The notes beneath the pieces are model-generated. The model saw only the letters and a program-made list of their open reading frames with translations. It ran no database searches and was not told the origin of the DNA. A stretch of 64,000 bases of DNA from Eledone cirrhosa (Eukaryota): positions 394,196,001 through 394,260,000 of the forward strand of contig OZ024741.1 of NCBI GenBank assembly GCA_964016885.1. The letters run 5' to 3'. The position numbers and the translations under genes are program-made. Below, one piece after another: positions 55,526-64,000 of this stretch (its first letter is position 1; each line of letters opens with the position of its first letter).

Positions 55526-56408
55526 GTAGAAATAAACACAGTAAATTCTGCGTCTAAAATTACGAGGGTAGATTATACCACAAATGTTTTATATTTAAAC
55601 TGAAGCATACATTTGTGGTATAATCTACCCTCGTAATTTTAGACGCAGAATTTACTGTGTTTATTTCTACATATATCATTATTATAATGCTCAGTATTTA
55701 TACTTTGAGCTTGTTAATTGCAGGGTATCAATATGAGTTAATAACTCTATATTTTATTTGTATTTCGGCTCCCTATCTAGGTGAGCTTATAAGATGAGTG
55801 TAATAAGGCTATTATTTCTAGCATACCCACTCACACCACGTATAGCTTTCAACCCACGAGGTGCATTATTTACTTCCATGAGTTCTTGTTAGATGTGTTT
55901 TGTTTCATTTAATCTAATCTCTCGCTGATGAAATGCCTAAGGATTATCTGTTACAAACACAATTTTCAGGGCGAAACAGATTAAACCTCTAATCTGTCCG
56001 AGAGATGAAATCGTTATTGATACGGTATGTATAGGAAATCTTGTACCTTACTGTATGCTTCAGTTTAAATATATAAAACATTTGTGGTATAATCTACCCC
56101 CGTAATTTTAGACGCAGAATTTACTGTGTTTATTTCTGCATATATTATTATTATAATTGTTTCTACTTTTAGGCACAAGGCCAGCAATTACCCAGTGCAT
56201 TACTGGTACTTTATTTTATCGACTCCGTAAGGATGAAAGGCAAAGTTAACCTCGGCGGGATTTGAACTCAGATCGTAAAGGGACGTAACTATGCTGGAAA
56301 GCATGGCGTCCGACTCTCTACCGATACTGCCAATGCTCTGTATTTATACTTTGAGCTTGTTAATTGTAGGGCATCAATATGAGTTAATAGCTCTATATTT
56401 TATTTGTA
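55520..56408 (+). mobile_element. Non-coding HHR element: 5' fold-back plus partial tandem repeat, interrupted by SINE A (56153-56333, minus)
   Basis: 55520-55610 is an inverted copy of 56053-56146. 55609-55762 is repeated directly at 56078-56155 plus 56334-56408. Confidence 0.85.
55917..56006 (+). ncRNA. Type-I hammerhead ribozyme with full stem III
   Basis: atctctcg CTGATGA aatgcct...agggc GAAA cagatta aacctc taatctg TC cgagagat. 8-bp stem I, 8-bp stem III, GUC site. Confidence 0.88.
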
Positions 56409-56597
56409 TATATATACAAACCGAACATTATAATAAATGTTGGGTAAACCTATACGTGCATATATATATGTGTGCATGTATGTATATATATACATACTAC
56501 TGTACGTCTGTATACATATGTGTATGTACGTATACATACTTATATTTAAGTATCAGCCGTACTAAGAGTGGGAAATGAAATTTCGTTTCATTCTTTT

Positions 56598-56638
<41 letters not shown>

Positions 56639-56640
56639 TA

Positions 56641-56732
56641 TGTATGACCCCGACGGCAGAGCTCAAGCCGTTTCGACGGCTATATCCAGAAATAGCCGTC
56701 GAACAACTTGAGCTCTGCCGTCGGGGACATAC
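56641..56732. repeat. Fold-back hairpin heading a ~180-bp dispersed element
   Basis: ccccgacggcagagctcaag...cttgagctctgccgtcgggg. The downstream part 56735-56825 matches the reverse complement of 12812-12900. Confidence 0.85.
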
Positions 56733-56819
56733 ATTGTCCTATTACCCACTCTACTTCCCTAAGCATTGAGTACTCTGGTGCGTTATGGTCCATCTGGTTC
56801 CTTACCACAGCTCCTTCAT

Positions 56820-56850
<31 letters not shown>

Positions 56851-57182
56851 ATACATATGTGTGGTGTGTGTGTATATATACACAGCATATACATATATAT
56901 ATATATATACACAGTTCAAGAGTAACCAATCTTAAAGAGAGAGATGGAGATAGTAGAGGAGATATGAGAGGAGAGATTGGTGAATTAGTTAGAAGTCAAA
57001 GCGTAAAGGCATGTGCTCAATGTGCAATATGCAGTAGAAAGCAGCTAGGTGGCTGGGTTCATTGTAAACGGACATTATTATTATTATTATTCCCTACATT
57101 CCTTACATCAAACTAAAATATGTTGACAATCTTTTAATAATGTCTTCCTTGTGAAATTTGTGGTCTTGTTTTGCTTAACTAA

Positions 57183-57220
<38 letters not shown>

Positions 57221-57244
57221 CTAAAAGTGTAAGATCATCCGCAT

Positions 57245-57525
57245 ACATCATCATCATCATCATTTTACGCCCGCTTTTCCCTGCTTGCAAGGGTTGAGCG
57301 GGTCCTATTCAGCACACCATCTCTCCACTTGTCACGGTCCTTCGTCATCTCCTCGGTGAGTTTCAGCGATCTGAGGTCTGCTCTCACTACCTCCGCCCAT
57401 GTTTTTCGTGGTCTTCTACGGCATCTTCCCTCCACTGGGACTTCCTGGCACTTCTTCACCCAGTGGTCATCCTCCATGCACATCACATGTCCATACCATC
57501 TCAGCCTTCTCTCCTGCACACCACA
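57245..57525 (-). pseudogene. RTE 3' end with (GAT)n tail
   Basis: QERRLRWYGHV...RRRPRKTW.EVVRADL...DRDKWR. Confidence 0.88.
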
Positions 57526-57542
57526 ACTTATAAATATTTTAT

Positions 57543-57681
57543 AAATGTTTTATAAATATTTGACATGACCAAGGATAATATACCTTAACGGTTTAAGTTA
57601 TCCCTGGAAAGTCTTTCCATGGATAACTTGAACCGTTAAGGTATATTATCCTTGGTCATGTCAAATATTTATAAAACATTT
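57543..57681. repeat. Palindrome, 1-nt loop at 57612
   Basis: ...aagttatccctggaaag-t-ctttccatggataactt... Confidence 0.93.
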
Positions 57682-57688
57682 TGTATTG

Positions 57689-57740
57689 TATCTGATGATA
57701 GTGTACCAAAATTGTTGGTACCCTTGAAATATATATAATA
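57689..57740 (+). ncRNA. Minimal hammerhead ribozyme
   Basis: tat CTGATGA tagtgtaccaa aattg ttggtaccctt GAAA tatata TA ata, followed by aataaa. Confidence 0.7.
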
Positions 57741-57989
57741 GAATAAATATGGTTTTATAAATATAGTTTCCATTTATTTAATATCATTGACTACTTACTC
57801 CAGAAAACTGTCGAGTGCTCTAAATCAGTTATAAACATCTATATTTGTTGGATTTCCAACATATATATATCCAGGGCGTATAACGCGGATTTACTGTAGG
57901 TTCACCCAGGTGAGCACTCGATGTTTAGGTTCCCGTCAGTATTGAGGTGTAGAGCTAGACAGAGTCTAATATAATAATATTATATTATT

Positions 57990-58581
57990 GGTGGATTGGC
58001 AGTATCAGTAGAGGATCGGACATGCTTTCCAGCATAGTTACGTCCCTTTACAATCTGAGTTCAAATCCGGCCGAGGTTAATTTTGCCTTTCATCCTTACG
58101 GGGTCGATAAAATAAAGTACCAGTAATGTACTGGGTAATTGCTGGCCTTCTGCCAAATATAGAAACAATTATATTATCATTAATAATATAACTGCAGTGG
58201 ATTGGCAGTATCGGTAGAGGGTCGGATGCCATGCTTTACAATATAGAGTTATGCCCCTTTATGATCTGAGTTCAAATCCCACCGAGGTTAACTTTGCCTT
58301 TCATCCTTACGGGGTCGATAAAATAAAGTACCAGTAATGTACTGAGATAATTGCTGGCCTTGTGCCAAAAGTAGAAGCAATTATATTATTATTAATAATT
58401 GTTTCTATTTTTGGCACAAGGCCAACAATAACCCAGTGTATTACTGGTACTTTATTTTATCGACCCCGTAAGGATGAAAGGCAAAGTTAACCTCGGCGGG
58501 ATTTGAACACAGAATGGCAAGGGCCGTAACTCTACGCGTCAAAGCATGGCGGCCGACCCTCTACCGATACTGCCAATCCAC
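57990..58581. mobile_element. Cluster of three SINE A copies (57990-58172 plus, 58197-58383 plus, 58395-58581 minus)
   Basis: Each copy has A/B boxes and the core; the last two are tail-to-tail. Confidence 0.92.
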
Positions 58582-58726
58582 ATAATGACCACGGTCTTTA
58601 TGTGTGGTTATGTCCAGTACAGGTGGCAGCTTATTTTGTCCACTGGGTATGGCTATGCATTGTCAATGGGATTAGCTCTTGATTGGTTGAAAATAGTTAG
58701 CTCTTGATTGGTTGAAAATAGTCTAT

Positions 58727-58775
58727 TTAAGCTGTTGGGACATATAGCCAATGGTTATATGTCCTAGCAGCTTAA
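58727..58775. repeat. Hairpin, 1-nt loop
   Basis: ttaagctgttgggacatatagcca-a-tggttatatgtcctagcagcttaa. Confidence 0.85.
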
Positions 58776-59059
58776 GGAAATGCTATTAGGCTGGTGTCTG
58801 CAATTTACTGCCAAGTTGGGGTTTTATGGCTATTTTAGATAATGAAATGCCATTAGGTCAGTGTATGTTATCTGTTGTTTAGTCTTGTATGACTATTTTA
58901 GATAAAGGATGAATTTAATGTCTTTTTACTGACATCACTATGTACTTAAGAGATACTATCAACAAATAATTGCGTCTGCCAGATTAGGTTCACATATTAA
59001 TGAAACATTTATAACACACATACACGCACACACACACCACACACACACACATATATAGT

Positions 59060-60760
59060 CTAGCTATTATATTCTCGGTGCACCCTCCTCCACTGCTAAT
59101 TAGGTCAGCTAGATAGCAGAAGCAATCAACCACATCTATGGGTCCTTCCTGTGACTGGAAAAGGTTTATGTCATTGGCACTGTTCGACTTGGTTTCTCCT
59201 GTGCATCTTCTACACGCAAAGTGATCCCTCTACATCGTTTGTGTACTCAATGTACATTGTGTATATTGTATGGAGTTTATGCCTACTCCTATTCATCATA
59301 TTGAGCAGGGCCACTTACCTGAGGTATCTGGGTCCTATCTTCTCTCCTACTCACTAGCACTTTAGTTTTGGTTAAGTTTACTCTCAGACCTTTTAATTCC
59401 AAATTTAGTTTCCATAATCGACATATGATTGTACTGCTGCGCCAGTCATTAGGTATGACTCCGTTATGTATTAGTTGGGGGTAGTTTCTCTTCTTCCCAT
59501 TCATTCTCTACATTCATCAATCTCTCAGAATAACATTTCCAAGCCTCTTTAATTTTCTCCAACAATATCATGATTCACACTAACACACTGCCTTGCAATA
59601 TGGAACACTTCACGCTTCTGATCCTCACATCTCAAGACATTGGCAAACTTAATTCCTTAAACCTCTCTCTGAGCTGTGTGTACCTGTCACCTAGCTTCTT
59701 TCTTAGCTACTTGGTACTAGTCTCTGCTACCCTCATTTTCCAGTCTTTCCAGGTCTGTCTCTTGACTTCAATGGCTGTATTTACTGTACAGTTCCACCAC
59801 CAGGTCAACCTCCGTCTGGCTGGTGCTTTACTCCAGCTACAAGTATCGCCAGTTGTTCACAAAAGGTTGTGACGTAAGAATTTCCAGTTCTCTTCTACAT
59901 TATATGTATCTAGCTCGTCATCCCTCTCGTCAAGTGCATCCTGTATGGCCTTTCTAAACCTATATTTAACCGAGAGGTCCTTTAGCTTCCACACCCTCCG
60001 TCGCCATATTTTCCTGTGTCGTGTTCTGTTTTTTTTGTTTATTTTGATGTCACTAATAACTAACTTGTGCTGGGCAGTGCATTCTTCCCCAGGGAAGGCC
60101 GTAGTATTTATTACAATCCGTTTGTCTTGTTGTCTAACAAGTAAGTGATCTATTTGGTTTGTGTTCACCTGATTGATATGAAATAAGGTGGTTGGCTGGT
60201 TTCCTGCAATTTGTGTTGCAAATGGTTATTTCATTTACATCACAGAATTCCAGGAGTCTCAGTCTCTCTTCATTCCATGAGCAATAACCATAGTTGGCAT
60301 GAACTCCACTGAATCCATCCTGTCAATTAAAGTCGCCTGCCTAGATGATGAGATCTCTTTTGTCAATACCTAAAGTTCTCTGCAAAATTTGCCCATAGAA
60401 CCTGTCCTTTTGTTCTTTACCTAGTCCTGCCTGTGGAGCCTAGGTGGATGTGATTCTCACCAGTATTTCCTACAGTTAATCTAAGCTTGATGATTCTGTC
60501 ACTTACTCTAACTACCTCTATCACCTTATCTATCCATTTCTCAGCTAGTAGGATGCCTACATCCTCTACCCCATTGTCATTTCCTATTCAGTAGAGTTTA
60601 TATCTAAGTTGCTTGCCTGTGATTAGTCTCACTGAGGCACCCTTCCATCTCACTTCTTGTACACAGCATACATCTACTCCTCTTCTCTCTAATAGTTCCA
60701 CAATTTCGCCCGATTTACCTTTCAGGGTACCAACATTAAGGGTGGAAGTCCATAGTATGG
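59060..60760 (-). pseudogene. RTE LINE with deletions: APE, spacer and RT fragments
   Basis: STLNVGTLKGKSGEIVELL.RR.VDVCCVQEVRW, QIDHLL, QHKLVISD, IPNDW, KGLRVNLTKTKVL. Confidence 0.88.
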
Positions 60761-60964
60761 GAGTCACACACATTTACAGTGTGAAGCAATGTGGCCCATT
60801 ACAAGGCAAGTCTGGTCAGTTAGTCACGCTTTACCTTGCACATAATCATGTTTTGTTTGGGTGTATATACGAACCATATATGCATGTATATAACATATAG
60901 CACATACACCCAACACACATACACATCACACATATACACATGTGAATATGCAATATGTATATAG

Positions 60965-61515
60965 GGTGGAAGTAACTTTGAGAACTACTCCCAGTGATAA
61001 CAAAAGGTTTCTCCTAACGTAGAAAAGGATGGCTTTATAATGCTTGTGTGCGGTGCACGATGCTGCATGGTTGTGAAACATGGATGGTAACTGCAGAGGA
61101 CATGCATAGTCTGGAGAGAAATGAAGCAACCATGTTTCGTTGGATGTGCAATGTAAATGTGAGAGAAAGGCAGAGCTTGGATGAGCTGAGGGAGAAGCTG
61201 GGTTTATGGGGAATCTGAGATGGTGCGCAAGAGAGAAGACTGACTGCATTGGTATGGACATGCAATGCGCATGGAGGATGATCGATGAATGAAAAAAACG
61301 CAAGGGAATCCCAGTGGAAGGAAGCCACTGTAGAGGATGACCAAGAAAGACCTGGGAAGAGGTTGTGAGCGCTGACCTTAAATTGCTAAAACTGGCAGAG
61401 GTGATGACGAAGGAACGTGTCAAGTGGAGAGATGTTGTGCTGAGAAGGATCCATCCCACCCATGCAAGCATGGAAAAGTGGATGTAAAATCGATGATGAT
61501 AATGATGACGATGGT
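60965..61515 (+). pseudogene. RTE 3' part with (GAT)n tail
   Basis: LERNEATMFRWMC, WYGH, PRKTWEEVV; ends caagcatggaaaagtggatgtaaaatcgatgatg. Confidence 0.85.
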
Positions 61516-61534
61516 GATATATATATGAATATAT

Positions 61535-61905
61535 ATCATCATCATCATCATCAGTGTTACGTCCGTTCTTCCACGCTAGCATGGGTTAGACGGGTTGTCC
61601 TGTTGTGTGCAGTGTCCGGTCGGCTGACCTTGTCTTGCTCATACAGGAACTGATTTGGCTTGATTTCTACAGCTGGATGCCCTTCCTAACACCAACCTCA
61701 TTTACAGTGAGTGCTGGGTGCTTTTTTTCCGTGGCGCTTACACGTCCACTTTACAGTGTGGGCTGGGTGCTTTTTTGCCGTGGCACCTCCACGACCACTT
61801 TGCAGTGGGAGGGTGTGGGGACATATTGTCTATATGCTTCAGCTTCGGCTTGTACCCATGGGAAGTCGGGTCTTCTGTATTATTGCGTGACGCCAGAGGT
61901 CACGG
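61535..61905 (-). mobile_element. Non-coding element sharing the RTE 3' tail (relatives at 55060-55400 and 63225-63392)
   Basis: (cat)n, then ttacgtccg...gcatgggtt..., ctggatgcccttcctaacaccaacc, tgtacccatgggaagtcgggtcttctg. Confidence 0.65.
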
Positions 61906-62712
61906 TCGATATATATATTGGAAAATGTGTGAGATCCTTGGTACAGTTAGGTATATTTGAAAAAAAGGAAAAGAATGACTTCACTTGTAGTGTTAAACAT
62001 TTTTTTATTTAATTTTATAATATTATAATATTATGAGTTGGTAGATCCAATAAGTTCTTTGTTAACTTCGGTGGGAAGAATTTTAGGGATTCCTGGTTAA
62101 CTTGGGTTGGAGAACTGTCTCGCATTCGTCTGTCTGTGGCGGTTGTCAAACTGAGATCAGGTTGTGTTGAAATGTGTGACTATATATAAGAGAGATTTGG
62201 ATGTGTCTGGGGTGTGGGGTGTGGTGTTAATGAGTGCTGATGTTGATGATGATGAAGGAATTAAAGCATACATACATACACATACACACGTACCCACACA
62301 CACATATATATATACACTCAGAAAATGGTGAGGTTGTAAGATAGGGGTGTTTCAGAAAGTGGTTGTAAACAAACTCTCCCGCTGGTTTTATTTCATTAGC
62401 TGACCTTTGATGAGTAAATAATGGCATAGCTGAATCAACTCTTCCAAAGCCATAAAGAATATCTTCTACAAATATCTATATCAAAGATGAATTTAGGTGC
62501 TTGTCTGGGTTTTAATGAGGTGTAAGATACATGTCTTTTGATAAGAATGGGATGACAGGAAAAAGAGAAAAGAAGGATAGTTTGGGAACATTTGTCAAAG
62601 ATGTGATGTTGATATTGGTTTGGGAGATGAAGTGTGGAGGGGGGGAGAATGCTGGCCCACATATTCACTTCCCTATGTGTAAATATATCTACATTCCATA
62701 TATATTACATAC

Positions 62713-62743
<31 letters not shown>

Positions 62744-62948
62744 CACATACATACACATACACACCCATATATATATATATACACATATATATATACATAT
62801 ATATATACACACATACACATACATATACATACATACATTCACACACATATATACACATACCATATATATACACACATATATATATACATATATACCACGT
62901 ATATATACATACACCATACACATATATATATATATATCTTATACACAC

Positions 62949-62988
<40 letters not shown>

Positions 62989-63694
62989 ATACATACATAT
63001 ATACATCTCACATACACACATATATTTTTTACATACATACATATATATATATCCCATGCACACACATATATACACACACATATACATACACACATATACA
63101 CATATACATATATACATACATATCCACATATATATATTCCACACATTGTATATACACATACATATACATACACATTGTATATACACACATATATTCCATA
63201 TATACACATTTTATACCTCCTACATATCATCATCATCATCATCATTTTACGTCCACTTTTCCCTGCTTGCAAGGGTGGGAGGGGAACTGATTCTGGCTTG
63301 ATTGCTACAGCTGGATGCCCTTCCTAACACCAACCTCATTTACAGTGAGTGCTGGGTGCTTTTTTGCCGTGGCACCTCCACGACCACTTTGCAATGGAAT
63401 GATATGGACCCCAGTCATCTCATTTCAACAGCTGAGTAAACTGGAGCAATGTGAAATAAAGTGTCTTGCTCAAGGAATCAACACATCACCCGGTCTGAGA
63501 ATTGAACTCACAACCTTTCGATTGCAAGCCCGATGCTCTAACCACTAAGCCATGTGCTTCCATATTATAATATTATAAAATTAAATAAAAAAATGTTTAA
63601 CACTACAAGTGAAGTCATTCTTTTCCTTTTTTACAAATATATATATATATGTGTGTGTGTATGTGTGTGTAATTGTATCTATATATGTTTATGA

Positions 63695-64000
63695 GATGCA
63701 GTTTGGGTTTGTGCCAGGAAAAAGCACCACTGATGCTCTCTTCCTTGTGAGGCAGTTACAGGAAAAGTACCTAGCTAAAAGTAAACTGTTCTACCTGGCA
63801 TTTGTCGATCTGGAAAAAGCCTTAGCCAGAGTGCCCCGTGACATAGTCTGGTGGGCTCTTAGAAAACTAGGAGTAAATGAATGGCTTGTAAAAGCTGTAC
63901 AAGCCATGTTTAGGGGAGCAGTCAGCAAAGTTCGAGTTAACAATGACTATAGCGAGGAATTTGGCATACAGGTCAGTGTCCACCAGTTAGCCCTCTCCTG
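63695..64000 (+). pseudogene. RTE RT fragment (runs off the window)
   Basis: MQFGFVPGKSTTDALFLVRQLQEKYL...LAFVDLEKA..RVPR...WWALRKLGV.EW. Confidence 0.9.

Noticed and set aside
56645-56655. tRNA-Trp PBS-like tgaccccgacg in the hairpin family
   Set aside because: Only 11 nt, lacks the TGG start and has no adjacent LTR; probably chance.

Overview
Eukaryotic, AT-rich, repeat-saturated DNA. The SINE and RTE families and the (TA)n/(CA)n load suggest a coleoid cephalopod such as Octopus; this is inferred from recalled repeat motifs, not from a search. No intact gene is present. The window is a mosaic of decayed retroelements (R4/Dong, RTE, Tx1/L1, CRE, several Penelope-like element (PLE) families), tRNA-derived SINEs, a non-coding LTR element with a tRNA-Trp primer site, a hAT-type MITE carrying a 40-bp minisatellite, a Helentron-like element and long microsatellites, with one 200-N gap. 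Two phase-compatible candidate exons on the minus strand may belong to a host gene with an FN3-like motif. The strongest signal is twofold. First, about 14 type-I hammerhead ribozyme (HHR) motifs from several families were read directly from the sequence. Second, more than 15 fold-back palindromes occur, from 45 bp to ~3 kb and often with 1-5 nt loops; most sit at the 5' junction of HHR-bearing PLE tails and several place an outward-facing ribozyme on each arm. Coordinates of decayed repeats are approximate.
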